This document shows, in pieces, positions 36,672 to 46,412 of a stretch of DNA of 64,000 bases (positions within the stretch are counted from its first letter, which is position 1; the number at the start of each line of letters is the position of its first letter). Below the pieces are notes generated by a model. It saw nothing but the letters and a program-made list of their open reading frames with translations, had not been told where the DNA came from and ran no database searches. This DNA is from Longimicrobiales bacterium. GTDB lineage: Bacteria; Gemmatimonadota; Gemmatimonadetes; Longimicrobiales; Gaopeijiaceae. Position numbers and translations under genes: made by a program. The stretch spans positions 532,751-596,750 of the forward strand of contig JAWLHJ010000002.1 in NCBI GenBank assembly GCA_041690395.1. Direction: 5' to 3'.

Positions 36672-38078
36672 TTACAGTGAGGACATCGTGGGCGCGGACA
36701 GCGAGAAGTCGCCGGTGCTGTCACCGAACTCCTCGATGTCGTCGAGCCCCAGCCCGTGCATGGCCGTCAGAAGCACGTTGGCCATGGGCGTCCCGTCCGG
36801 CGCCTTCAGGTGCACGCCGCCGCGCGGCAGAGCGCCGTTGGCCCCACCGAGGAAGACGAGGGGGCAGCGCCGGTGGTTGTGGATGTTGCTGTCCGCCATC
36901 GGCGACCCGTACACGATCATCGTCTTGTCGAGGAGGTTCGAATCGCCCTCGGTCGACGCCTTGAGCCGCTCCAGGAAGTACGGGAGCAGGCTCACGTGGT
37001 ACTCGTTGATCTTCGCGAAGTCCATGACCCGCTCCGGATTCCCGCCGTGGTGCGAGGCGTTGTGGAAGCCGGCCTCGACGCCGCTGCCCGGGTACACGCG
37101 TCCGGACCCGTCGCGTCCCATCTTGAACGAGAAGGTCCGCGTCATGTCGGACTGGAAGGCCAGGACCTGGAGGTCGAACATGAGCTTGACGTGCTCCTCG
37201 AAGTCGTCCGGCACACCCGCGGGGGCGCCGGCCAGCTCGCGGATCTCGCCGCTCCGGTTCCGCTCCTCGACGCGCTGGATGCGACGCTCGATCTCGCGGA
37301 CGTTCTCCATGTACTGATCCATGCGCCGACGGTCCGTCGGCCCGAGCGTGGCCTTGAGACCCTGCACTTCGCTCGCGACCCAGTCGAGGATGCTGCGATC
37401 GGTCTGCATCCGCTGGGCCCGCTCTTCAGCGGTCGCACCGGCTCCGAAGAGCTGGTCGAACGCTACCCGCGGATCGCGGATCATCGGGAGCGGCTGCGTC
37501 GGCGTGGCCCAGCTGATCGAGTCCGTGTAGACGCAGGCGTAGCCGTACGCACAGCCACCGGCCTGGTCGACGTTCTCGATGCAGAGCTGCATCGAGGGAA
37601 TCGGCGCGTCGTTTCCGAAGCGCTGGGCGTAGATCTGGTCCATCGAGGTTCCGACGTACACGTCCGAACCTTCGGTCTGCTTCGGATGCGACTGCGTCAG
37701 GAAGACCGCGCTCGACCGGAAGTGGTCGCCACCGATCTCCTTGGGCTCGAACGCCTCGGCCATCCGCACGTCGGTGTTGCTGACGATCGTCATGTAGTCA
37801 CGGAACGGCTCGAGCGGGCTCAGGCTGCTCGGCGACAGGTCGAAGTCCCGGCCCACCTCGGCGGGATTCCAAAGATGCTGCTGCGCACCCCATTCGTTCG
37901 ACCCGGCGGCTCCGTGCACCATCTCGATGGCCACGAACCGGGTGCGGTCCGCTTCGGCGGGAGCGTTCGACCAGACCCGACCGGCGGGCTCCATCGCGTC
38001 GAGGAGCGGCAGCGCCACGGTCGCGCCCATACCCCTCAAGAAGGTCCGACGCGGGAGGTGCTTTTGTGTCAGAAACAT
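36672..38078 (-). CDS. DUF1552-family Tat-exported protein
   Basis: PRRTFLRGMGATVALPLLDAM, GYACVY..SISW, AFQSDMTR, HNASHH, LLDKT and NIHNH motifs. Confidence 0.9.
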   Translation of the reverse strand: MFLTQKHLPRRTFLRGMGATVALPLLDAMEPAGRVWSNAPAEADRTRFVAIEMVHGAAGSNEWGAQQHLWNPAEVGRDFDLSPSSLSPLEPFRDYMTIVSNTDVRMAEAFEPKEIGGDHFRSSAVFLTQSHPKQTEGSDVYVGTSMDQIYAQRFGNDAPIPSMQLCIENVDQAGGCAYGYACVYTDSISWATPTQPLPMIRDPRVAFDQLFGAGATAEERAQRMQTDRSILDWVASEVQGLKATLGPTDRRRMDQYMENVREIERRIQRVEERNRSGEIRELAGAPAGVPDDFEEHVKLMFDLQVLAFQSDMTRTFSFKMGRDGSGRVYPGSGVEAGFHNASHHGGNPERVMDFAKINEYHVSLLPYFLERLKASTEGDSNLLDKTMIVYGSPMADSNIHNHRRCPLVFLGGANGALPRGGVHLKAPDGTPMANVLLTAMHGLGLDDIEEFGDSTGDFSLSAPTMSSL

Positions 38079-38132
38079 CTTCGTGTAACTCCTGGCTTGG
38101 GTTCTGTCGTCGTCAGTTTCGAGAGGGTCGGT

Positions 38133-40571
38133 TCAGTTCTGCGCGTCCATGTCCGCGACGGTCGTCTCGGCGCGGGCCATCCGGAAGGCGGGGCTGTTCA
38201 CCACGCCGAGGATGAAGGAGGACATCGCGTAATCGTTCTCGGCGGCCGCGTCCTCGATGTCCCGGACGGTCGGCATGTCGAAGTACTCCACGCGACGGCC
38301 GATGGCGTAGGCCATGAGGTTCCTGGTGAAGGTCCGCACGAACACCGAGGGGCGCTTCAGAATGGCCTGCCTCAGATCCGTGGGGCTTTCGATCGGCGTG
38401 CCGTCGTAGAGCTCACCGGAAGCGTCGATCGGATTGCCGTTCTCCTTGATCCTCCACGCGCCGGTCACGTCGAAGTTCTCGAGCGCGAGGCCGATCGGGT
38501 CGATCACGCTGTGGCAGGAGTTGCAGGACGGGTTCGCCCGGTGCTGCTCCATGCGCTCCCTCGTGGTCAACTCACGACCGTTCTGCGCCGTCTCGACCTC
38601 GTCGAGCGAGGGCACGACGGGCGGCGGGGGAGGCGGCGGCGATCCCAGGAGGACCTCCATCACCCACTTTCCGCGGAGCACCGGAGAAGTGTGGTTCGCG
38701 TGAGACGTCATCATGAGGATGCTCGCGTGCCCGAGAACGCCGCGGCGATGCGGACTCTCGTGCCGCACCATCCGGAAGTCCGAGCCGGAGACACCGGGCA
38801 CCCCGTAATGCCTCGCCAGCCGCTCGTTCACGAACGTGTAGTCGGCGGTGAGCAACTCGAGTAGGCTCCGATCCTCGCGGACGAGATGCTCGAAGAGCAG
38901 TTCGGTCTCACGCTCCATCGCTACCGTCAGCGTCTGGTCGAAGTACGGGAAGTGCTGGGCGTCCGGATGGATCTTGTAGAGGTCCTGCAGGCGGAGCCAC
39001 TGGGACGCGAACCGCGTCGCCAGCGCTTCGGCGCGGGGATCCTGGAGCATGCGGCGCGCCTGTGCCTCGAGCACGTCCGGCTCGGACAGGCGTCCCTCGC
39101 TCGCGACCCGGATCAACTCCTGGTCGGGCGGCGAAGCCCACAGGAAGAAGGACAGGCGCGAAGCGAGATCCATGTCCGCGACATCGTAGAGGCCTTCGTC
39201 CTCGGCAAGGGTGTTCTCGAGACGGAAGACGAAGTGCGGGCTCGCGAGCATCGCCTGGATGGCGAGGCGCACACCGCCCTCGAATCCGCCCTCGGCGCGA
39301 CCCTGGTCATAGAAGCCCATCAGGCTCTGGACGTCGCCGTCGTTCACCGGGCGCCGGTAGGCCTGTGCGGCGAGGCGCTCGATGATCGACCGGGCGCAGG
39401 GACGCTCCTCGTCGGACCGCGTCGGCCGACAGGTGAAGATGCGCTCGCGGCTCTCGGTGCTCGACACGCCGGTCACCCGGAACGGCCCGGTGATGACGAG
39501 GTCGCGCAGATGGGGCGCGGTCGTCACGCCGTAGTCGGAACCGATCTGGGAGTCGGCGAGCGTGTAGTCGACGGGGGTGATCAGGTCGACCACCGGACCC
39601 TCGATCTTCTGCACGAACGCCGCGGCGACCCTGTGCTGTCCAGCCGTGATGTGGATCGGCGGGGTCTCCATGCGCAGGCCGCTCGGATCGGACTCCGAAC
39701 CCCACCGGTCGATGTTCAGCACGGCGACGCGCTCGCCGTTGACCGAGATCTCGAGCTGCTCGTCCGGAGAGGTCGAACCGTAGAGCTGACCCGTCGGGAT
39801 GGCATGGAGATCGATCTGGAAGATGTAGTCCCCGTCGGCCGGGAAGGTGTGGTAGACCGCCGTTCCTCCGCGGGTGCCGAAGGGGGTGCCCTCGACGTGC
39901 CTCATCTGCGAGAGGGTCTTGTCGACCTTGTAGACGGCCGACGTCGCCGAAGCGTTCGGATCACCGACCGCGGCGCGGCTCACCGCGCCCGCCGCCTTCA
40001 GGTACCCCTCCATCAGGGTGGCGGACAGCATCTGCACGTCCGCGATGTTGTCGAAGCTTTCGCTGATGGTCTCCGTGGGGAGATAAGCGGACGCGTCGAC
40101 CCTGAGGCCGAAGAGCTCCCTGATCGACGCCTCGTAGTCGTTCCGGGTCAGGCGTTGGAACGTCCGGCGGCCCGGGTTCGGATCACGGGAGGCCACCTCG
40201 TCGAGGCTGTTCTCGAGGGACGTGGCGAGGAAGGTCAGGGAGTCCTCGGGAGGTCGGCGCGCCCCGGCGGGCGGCATCATGCCGGCCCGGAGCTTGTGGA
40301 TCACACGCTCGGCGATCTCCGCACTCTCGTGCGGCGCCGCGGCGTCGAACTCCTCGAGCGACAGGTTGCCGGTCATGCGCCGGTCACTGTGGCAGCGAAC
40401 GCAGTACTGGTCGACGACCTCGTTGAGGGCCTGGTCGACATTCGCGCCGGAAGCGCTCATGTCCACGGCCACGGGAGGCGACTCGTTCCCTGCGCGGTCG
40501 GCTCGTGGCTCGACGGCTACTCCCAGAAGGAGCAGGCCGGCGACGAGCATCGTGGGTGCTGCAGCGTTCAT
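38133..40571 (-). CDS. DUF1592/PSCyt-type cytochrome c domain protein
   Basis: CVRCH, GMMPP, SPHFVFR, LASRLSFFLW.S.PD, TSPVLRGKWV, HRANPSCNSCH and IDPIGLALENFD motifs. Confidence 0.9.
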   Translation of the reverse strand: MNAAAPTMLVAGLLLLGVAVEPRADRAGNESPPVAVDMSASGANVDQALNEVVDQYCVRCHSDRRMTGNLSLEEFDAAAPHESAEIAERVIHKLRAGMMPPAGARRPPEDSLTFLATSLENSLDEVASRDPNPGRRTFQRLTRNDYEASIRELFGLRVDASAYLPTETISESFDNIADVQMLSATLMEGYLKAAGAVSRAAVGDPNASATSAVYKVDKTLSQMRHVEGTPFGTRGGTAVYHTFPADGDYIFQIDLHAIPTGQLYGSTSPDEQLEISVNGERVAVLNIDRWGSESDPSGLRMETPPIHITAGQHRVAAAFVQKIEGPVVDLITPVDYTLADSQIGSDYGVTTAPHLRDLVITGPFRVTGVSSTESRERIFTCRPTRSDEERPCARSIIERLAAQAYRRPVNDGDVQSLMGFYDQGRAEGGFEGGVRLAIQAMLASPHFVFRLENTLAEDEGLYDVADMDLASRLSFFLWASPPDQELIRVASEGRLSEPDVLEAQARRMLQDPRAEALATRFASQWLRLQDLYKIHPDAQHFPYFDQTLTVAMERETELLFEHLVREDRSLLELLTADYTFVNERLARHYGVPGVSGSDFRMVRHESPHRRGVLGHASILMMTSHANHTSPVLRGKWVMEVLLGSPPPPPPPVVPSLDEVETAQNGRELTTRERMEQHRANPSCNSCHSVIDPIGLALENFDVTGAWRIKENGNPIDASGELYDGTPIESPTDLRQAILKRPSVFVRTFTRNLMAYAIGRRVEYFDMPTVRDIEDAAAENDYAMSSFILGVVNSPAFRMARAETTVADMDAQN

Positions 40572-40703
40572 GCCTTCCTCGGACGACGCGTGATCAGGTG
40601 TTGGCTTCACTCATAGACACACGTGCGGCGCCTCGAATGTTGAGCGCTGCATGCACCAAATGGTGCTTGAGTTGGGCCTCGATCGTTACCATACGGGTGG
40701 GCC

Positions 40704-40735
40704 GGCCCCCGGGGCGGTAGCTCGCCCCGGGGGCC
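40704..40735 (-). terminator. 13-bp hairpin downstream of the DUF4399-like gene
   Basis: GGCCCCCGGGGCG-N6-CGCCCCGGGGGCC; no strong U-tract. Confidence 0.6.
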
Positions 40736-40741
40736 TCCGGC

Positions 40742-41203
40742 TCAGCGGACCCGGAACGTGACCGTGTCGACGACCCACGGCTGGAGCGGGAAGTGCGCAC
40801 CGTCCGCCACAACGGCGATGATGCGATGCTCGCCGGGCGCCACGTTCTCGAACGTGTACGTGGACGACGCGTCGCCCATGTGGATGATGCTGCCCTCCAC
40901 GGTCGGGACCGGCTGGCTCGCCGGCGTCAGGTCGGCGTCGAGATAGAGGTGGTGATGTCCGGTTCCGGCGGTCATGTCCCCGGCCTCGACGATCGGGAAG
41001 CCGTTCACGGAGAGCTCGACCGTGACCGACGAGCCTTCGATCTCGGAGCCCTCGGCGGGCGACAGGATGGTCACGGTGCCGACGGGCTCCGAGGCCATGG
41101 CCGGGGTCTCGCCAGCGGGCATCGAGTCGGTTTCGGAGGTATCACCGCCGCAGGCGGCGAGCGTCAGCGTTAAGGCCAGAGTGAGTCCGAGCGCGTTCTT
41201 CAT
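40742..41203 (-). CDS. DUF4399-like lipoprotein
   Basis: Lipobox LAAC; GTGHHHLYLD, IIHMG and PGEH...VADGAH motifs; AAAGGA RBS. Confidence 0.8.
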   Translation of the reverse strand: MKNALGLTLALTLTLAACGGDTSETDSMPAGETPAMASEPVGTVTILSPAEGSEIEGSSVTVELSVNGFPIVEAGDMTAGTGHHHLYLDADLTPASQPVPTVEGSIIHMGDASSTYTFENVAPGEHRIIAVVADGAHFPLQPWVVDTVTFRVR

Positions 41204-41254
41204 GGCGTCCTTTCGAGGGTCCGAGGTTCGCGTCGAGCGGTTCGGGCACAGCCC

Positions 41255-41282
41255 TGACCGCCGCAAGTGATCGGATGGTTCC
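41255..41282 (-). promoter_or_regulatory. Possible RpoE-like ECF promoter
   Basis: The minus strand reads GGAACCA-N17-GTCA upstream of the DUF4399-like gene. Confidence 0.3.
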
Positions 41283-41318
41283 GATGCACTTCAATGTTAA
41301 TGGGAACGGTCACGCCGC

Positions 41319-44300
41319 TCATCCGCCAGGGCCGGTGTCGGTCGGCGCCGTCGCGTCGGGCTCGTCCCCATTCTTCTCTTTGGGAGGGCGCGGCCGGTCG
41401 ATCGCGAGGGTGACGCCTCCCAGGAAGGTCGAGCCCGACCGCTCCACCTCGTGCGCCCCGTCGGCGAGGTAATCCAGGATCGCGCGGTCCCAGGCGAGCC
41501 CCGCACTCGCGACGACCCCGAGGTAGGGGCCGTACGCGGTCTCGTCGGGAGCCTCCGTGAGCCCGCTCCAGATGGTCACGCGCGGGTTGAACCCGTTCCC
41601 CTCCCCGCTCGACCCCTTCAGGGGCATCTCGATGAGCACGCCGTCGGTCAGCGGAATGCGGAAGACGTCCGGGTCGAAGCTCGCGCCGTACCGGTCGTAG
41701 CGGTCGTACATGCGACGATTGAGCGCCACGACGTCCGGCACGCCGTTGATGGCGTCGGTGATGTAGTCGCGGATGCGGAACGCCGCGTCCCGGTGCCGGG
41801 GAAAGCGCGGGCTGTCGACGTAGCCGAAGCCGGGCATGAACCATCCCTTGTTCATCCCCCAGTTCCGCTCGGTCACCCGTCCGCCGCGGACGAGGCCCGA
41901 GTACTCGGAGAAAAGCTGGACGACCTGATGCGACGGGTATCCGTGGGGATTCAGGAAGACGTCGGGCAGCCAGGTGCTCCAGAGGCGCTGACGGACGGGG
42001 GCTTCGGGATAGATCGGATGGTCGTCGTCACCGCCCGAGGTCGCGCCCTGGCCGAGCGACCCCAGGTACCCCGCGTGCAACAGATAGTCGGGCGTGATGC
42101 GGTACAGGTCGTAGGCGAGCTGCGCGCCGTCCGGATTCGTGAACGGGTGCACGACCACGTTGACGCGGTCCAGCTTCCGGCGGGTCGCCGAGTCGGTCAG
42201 CAGGAGCTCGGCGTGCCGGAGCACGTGGCTCGTGGACGACACCTCGTTGGCGTGCTCTCTGGCCGAATAGATCACGGTGGGCTTGTACGTCGTCGCCTTC
42301 GCGTGCGACCAGTGGCTCGCCTCGACGGGAGACATGAGGTCCATCGCCCAGATGTCCTTCCCGAGGTAGCTCTCCCCCACCCGGTAGATGCTCGCCTCGT
42401 CGAAGGCCGCTGCCATCTTGCCGAGGATCTCGTGGCCTTCGGGCGGCGGGATCGGGGTGTCCCACTGGACCAGACGCTCCCCTCCGTAGCTCCATCCCTC
42501 GGGGACGAGCGTGCTCGGGTCGGGGAGCGCCCTCGGCGTCCCGTTGGCCGCGAGCGTCGCCGTGCGCCGTGACTCCGCGTCCTCCCGGTGGGTCCACTCG
42601 GCCCAAACCTCCAGGGTCCCGAGCCCGGGCAGCGCGAGCCCGGACTGGTAGAGACCCGCCGCCCGGAGCGCCTCGAGCTCGCGGAGCGTGGCCGTGACCT
42701 GCTCGGCCGACACCATGGTCCGGTCGACCTGACGCGGCGTCGCGTGGTTGAGCAGGCTGTCCCTCATGTCGGCGTCGGTGTCCACGCGAACGCGGAGCGC
42801 GACGTGCGACAGCCCCGAGCCGTCGGCAGCCACGCGGGCCAGCCGGGCCGACGGCCGCTCGAGCGTGGTGCGGGGGATGTCGAGGCGGCGCTCCCCTTCC
42901 ATGCCGGATCGGTCGCGATACCGGACCACCACCGCGGGCCGCGACGTTTCGAAGCCCGTCGCTCGCACGCGCACCGACGCGGCACTCCCGTCCGAGCGGG
43001 GGCGCATGACGGGGATGACCCGCCCCGGAAAGGTGAGGCCGCGCCCACGCGAGTTGCGGCCGATGAGGTCGAAGAACTCCAGCGTGCCGAAGTAGATCTC
43101 CTCGTGCAGCGCGTCGAGGGGGGCATGGATCTCGTTGTCGACCCCGAGCCGGTAGTCCGGCTCGCTCATCTCGAGCTCGACGGTGAGCTCGCCGAAGTAG
43201 GGGGCGTCGGTCTCGCCTCCCTCCGGCAACCCGTCGTGCCGGCCCATCACGTAGTCGTAGAGGGCCGGAAGCACGTCGGCCTGAAAATGGTCCCAGAATG
43301 CCTCCGGGTCGGTCCGGATGCGCTCGTCGACGAGGGTTCGGCCCCCGCTGACGGCGGTGAGCCAGCCCGTCGTCACACGCACCTGCTCGTAGTCCCGGAA
43401 ACGGTCGAAATAGGGGCGGAGCACCCAGCGGGGATCGAAGGTGTCGCGAAGCAGCTCGGCGCCCGCGTCGTCGGAGACGAGCACCTCGTAGGTCGGACCG
43501 TCCTCGACCTGCTCGAAGACGATCTGCCCGAGCTCCAGGTCGAGCTCGTCGGCGAACACCTCGTCGATCGGAAAGATCTCGTGGAGCCAGCGCACGGGCG
43601 TGTGCATCGCCTGCTGGGTCCACTCGGGCGGCGGCTCGTTGCGACGGAACCGGATCCGGATCTCGCCGATCTCCATCCCGTCCAGCCGGGGACGCACGAT
43701 GTCGTGGAGCCAGGAGTATCCCTGCTTGAAGGCCGACAGGACGTGGACCTCGGTTCCCTCCGGATCGGCTCCCGCGGCCAGCAGCGCCTCCCGTGCCTCG
43801 CGCTCGAGCTCCTCGCGAAGCTCGGGGGGCTCGCTGAGGCGCGCCTCGACGCGCACGGGCTCCCCCGAACGGACGGCGGGCACCACCGCGTCCGCCATCA
43901 GCTCCCGGAAGCGATCGACCTCCGACGGCAGACGGAGATCCGACTCGTAGACGGGCGACGCGAAGCGGACATCGCGGTCGTCGACCTCCGCGGTCGTTGC
44001 GACCGCAGAGCCCAGCCGCCCGGCGACGCGGCCACGCAGGAACGTCTCCAGCGCGGGATCCGCACGGTCGACGGAGAGCAGGACGTGCGCCGAATCGAGG
44101 GTCATCGTGTCGAGCTCGGCCAGGATCCGGTCGAGCTTGTAGAGGCCGATCGCGGCCTGTCCTTCCGGCGCGTGCCCGGCTAGCGCGTGCCAGAGCAGCG
44201 CCTCCACGTCGTCGAGCGTGGGGCGGTCCTTGCCCCGCTCGGCGAGGTTCGGGTAGGTGGTCGACAGGTACTCGAGCGCCCGGGCCGCGCCCGCCGGGTC

Positions 44301-45512
44301 GCTCCCCGTGACCACGAAGGCCGGCTTCTCGCCGAACGCCCGCGGGACGACCCGCAGGAGCCCCTCTCCGGGGCCGACGCTCGCCGTGGTCACGCGGCCG
44401 CTGTCGGCCAGCTCGACGGTGAGCTCGTTGTCGGACCCGGTCAGCACGAGGGTGGGCAACCCGCCGGGGCCGTCCACCGAAGCGGCCGGCTCGACGAGGG
44501 GAACCACCAGCCCGGTCGACTCGAGCCCGAGACGGGCGGCGAGCTCCACGAGACCGGCATCCGGCGCGGCTCCCGGCGCCAGCACGGCATCGATCCGGTC
44601 GGGGATCAGGTTGCTGTCACCGTCGCCGAGCAGCCCGTCGGGGGTGTAGAGGTTGGAGAGGTCGAGATCGTCCTTGGCCCCGGCGCCCGGCCGTCCGGAG
44701 ACGGTGCCGGCCTCCTCGGGCTCGGCTCGCCCGAGGAGGCGCACGGCCTCGCTGCCTAGCCGCACCTCGACGGACCGGAGGCCCTCCTGGGCGAGGAGGC
44801 TGTCCGGACCACCCGAGCCGAACGCGCGGAGACGGTCGGCCGCCCCCGCCAGGGCCTGACCCGCTCCGCCGACTTCGACGACCGCGCGATCCAGTCCGTC
44901 GGCTCCGGCGCGCGCTCTGGCCTGCACCACACGCACCGTATACGCCTCCGAGTCCGTCGCGTCTCCACGAGCGATCGTCTCGATGTCGTCACGCACATCA
45001 GCGAGCGTCGGAGCGGACAGGGTGCGTGTGTGGGGAAGAACCCCCGCGAACATGCGGGCGGCGGCGCGCAGCCCGTCATCGTCTCCCCCGAGCACCAATA
45101 GCCAGCGACGCCCCGACTCCTCGTGCGTGGCAACCACCCCCTCCCCCGCGTCGAGCGAGGCCGGATCCACGCCAGGTGACGCCAGGCCCGCCTCGGCGAG
45201 CCCACCGCGCCCCACGACGATCGTGATCCCGTCGGTCGACCGTCCTCTCGCGACGGGCAGGTCCATCGCCATGGTCTCGAAGCCCAACCGCGCGGCGATC
45301 TCGGCCGCGGCCACGGTCTCCGCGGGCGTCGGGGCCGGACCGAGAAGGAGCGACGCGTCGACCCGGTCCGGGAAGCCGTCCCCGTTCGTGTCGACCACGA
45401 CGCCCCCCAGGTCGAACACCCCGGTCAGGTCGAACGGCGCCTCCTGGGCGGCGAGCCCGCCGGACATCCCCAGGAACGCGGCCAGGACGAGCCAGAGCGG
45501 GCGAGTCGTCAT
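41319..45512 (-). CDS. Very large secreted M14-family zinc metallopeptidase
   Basis: Signal peptide; C-terminal domain with GESYLGKDI, AREHANE (HxxE), NPDG and LNPHG; ATGA overlap with the upstream gene. Confidence 0.85.
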   Translation of the reverse strand: MTTRPLWLVLAAFLGMSGGLAAQEAPFDLTGVFDLGGVVVDTNGDGFPDRVDASLLLGPAPTPAETVAAAEIAARLGFETMAMDLPVARGRSTDGITIVVGRGGLAEAGLASPGVDPASLDAGEGVVATHEESGRRWLLVLGGDDDGLRAAARMFAGVLPHTRTLSAPTLADVRDDIETIARGDATDSEAYTVRVVQARARAGADGLDRAVVEVGGAGQALAGAADRLRAFGSGGPDSLLAQEGLRSVEVRLGSEAVRLLGRAEPEEAGTVSGRPGAGAKDDLDLSNLYTPDGLLGDGDSNLIPDRIDAVLAPGAAPDAGLVELAARLGLESTGLVVPLVEPAASVDGPGGLPTLVLTGSDNELTVELADSGRVTTASVGPGEGLLRVVPRAFGEKPAFVVTGSDPAGAARALEYLSTTYPNLAERGKDRPTLDDVEALLWHALAGHAPEGQAAIGLYKLDRILAELDTMTLDSAHVLLSVDRADPALETFLRGRVAGRLGSAVATTAEVDDRDVRFASPVYESDLRLPSEVDRFRELMADAVVPAVRSGEPVRVEARLSEPPELREELEREAREALLAAGADPEGTEVHVLSAFKQGYSWLHDIVRPRLDGMEIGEIRIRFRRNEPPPEWTQQAMHTPVRWLHEIFPIDEVFADELDLELGQIVFEQVEDGPTYEVLVSDDAGAELLRDTFDPRWVLRPYFDRFRDYEQVRVTTGWLTAVSGGRTLVDERIRTDPEAFWDHFQADVLPALYDYVMGRHDGLPEGGETDAPYFGELTVELEMSEPDYRLGVDNEIHAPLDALHEEIYFGTLEFFDLIGRNSRGRGLTFPGRVIPVMRPRSDGSAASVRVRATGFETSRPAVVVRYRDRSGMEGERRLDIPRTTLERPSARLARVAADGSGLSHVALRVRVDTDADMRDSLLNHATPRQVDRTMVSAEQVTATLRELEALRAAGLYQSGLALPGLGTLEVWAEWTHREDAESRRTATLAANGTPRALPDPSTLVPEGWSYGGERLVQWDTPIPPPEGHEILGKMAAAFDEASIYRVGESYLGKDIWAMDLMSPVEASHWSHAKATTYKPTVIYSAREHANEVSSTSHVLRHAELLLTDSATRRKLDRVNVVVHPFTNPDGAQLAYDLYRITPDYLLHAGYLGSLGQGATSGGDDDHPIYPEAPVRQRLWSTWLPDVFLNPHGYPSHQVVQLFSEYSGLVRGGRVTERNWGMNKGWFMPGFGYVDSPRFPRHRDAAFRIRDYITDAINGVPDVVALNRRMYDRYDRYGASFDPDVFRIPLTDGVLIEMPLKGSSGEGNGFNPRVTIWSGLTEAPDETAYGPYLGVVASAGLAWDRAILDYLADGAHEVERSGSTFLGGVTLAIDRPRPPKEKNGDEPDATAPTDTGPGG

Positions 45513-46405
45513 CGGAGATGTGCCTCCATGGCGGGTCCACGTTCGGGATGAGCGGCCCACAGCTGCACCTCCTGATCGGGCGAGTCGTCGGACGGGGCGG
45601 TGAGGATCTCGAACTCCTCGTCGCAGAAGAGCGGGGCGAGCGCGCGGTACTCGAAGGCCGCGACGTCTCCCGAGCGTAGGGCGGCACCTGCGTCCAGCAG
45701 TAGGAGCGCGAGGAGCGGCCCGTGGACGACCAAGCCGGGATACCCCTCCGCGTGCGTCGCATAGGGGTGGTCGTAGTGGATGCGGTGCGCGTTGAACGTG
45801 AGCGCGGAGAAGCGGAAGAGCGTCACCGCGTCGGCCCGGAAGCGACCGACCACGCGGGCCCGCTCGGGCGCGACATACCGGGCCGGCTCGGCGGCGGCGC
45901 CCCGCTCCGGCGGCGACCGGTACACGATGTCCTGCTCCTCCTCGACGGCGAGCCCGTCCGGACCGTGGATCTCGTGCTTCACCGTGACGAACACGAGCGT
46001 CCCGGTCCGGCCCCGCTTCGGCGTGATCCGATCGACCGTCGAGACGCGCCGCGCCGGCTCACCCAACACCAGGGGCGCGTGGAAACGGATTCGGCCACCG
46101 GCCCACATCCTTCGCTCGAGCGGTACGTCGGGCAGGAAGCGCCCCAGCGCCTCGTGCCCGTCCGTCCCCAGCTCCGAGGCGCGCACGGGATCGTGGAAGT
46201 GGAGCCAGTGCCACCCCCAAGGGAGCCGGGACCCCTCGACGAGCCCCTCAGGGTCGCGGTCGAGCGTCGCTGCCAACGCGCGGGCGGGCCAGGGGCGGAC
46301 GACCTCCTCGCGCACGCGCCGCCTACCCAGCCACGCACCGTAGTCGCGAGCGAGCGCCTCCTCCTCGGACGGGCTCATGGCACGGGGCGGCTCGCCGGAG
46401 CTCAT
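45509..46405 (-). CDS. Double hot-dog (MaoC-like) hydratase, itaconyl/mesaconyl-CoA hydratase-like
   Basis: LPWGWHWL, RRMWAGG, LFRFSALTFNAHRIHYD and YPGLVVHGPL motifs. Confidence 0.9.
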   Translation of the reverse strand: MSSGEPPRAMSPSEEEALARDYGAWLGRRRVREEVVRPWPARALAATLDRDPEGLVEGSRLPWGWHWLHFHDPVRASELGTDGHEALGRFLPDVPLERRMWAGGRIRFHAPLVLGEPARRVSTVDRITPKRGRTGTLVFVTVKHEIHGPDGLAVEEEQDIVYRSPPERGAAAEPARYVAPERARVVGRFRADAVTLFRFSALTFNAHRIHYDHPYATHAEGYPGLVVHGPLLALLLLDAGAALRSGDVAAFEYRALAPLFCDEEFEILTAPSDDSPDQEVQLWAAHPERGPAMEAHLR

Positions 46406-46412
46406 CGGGATC

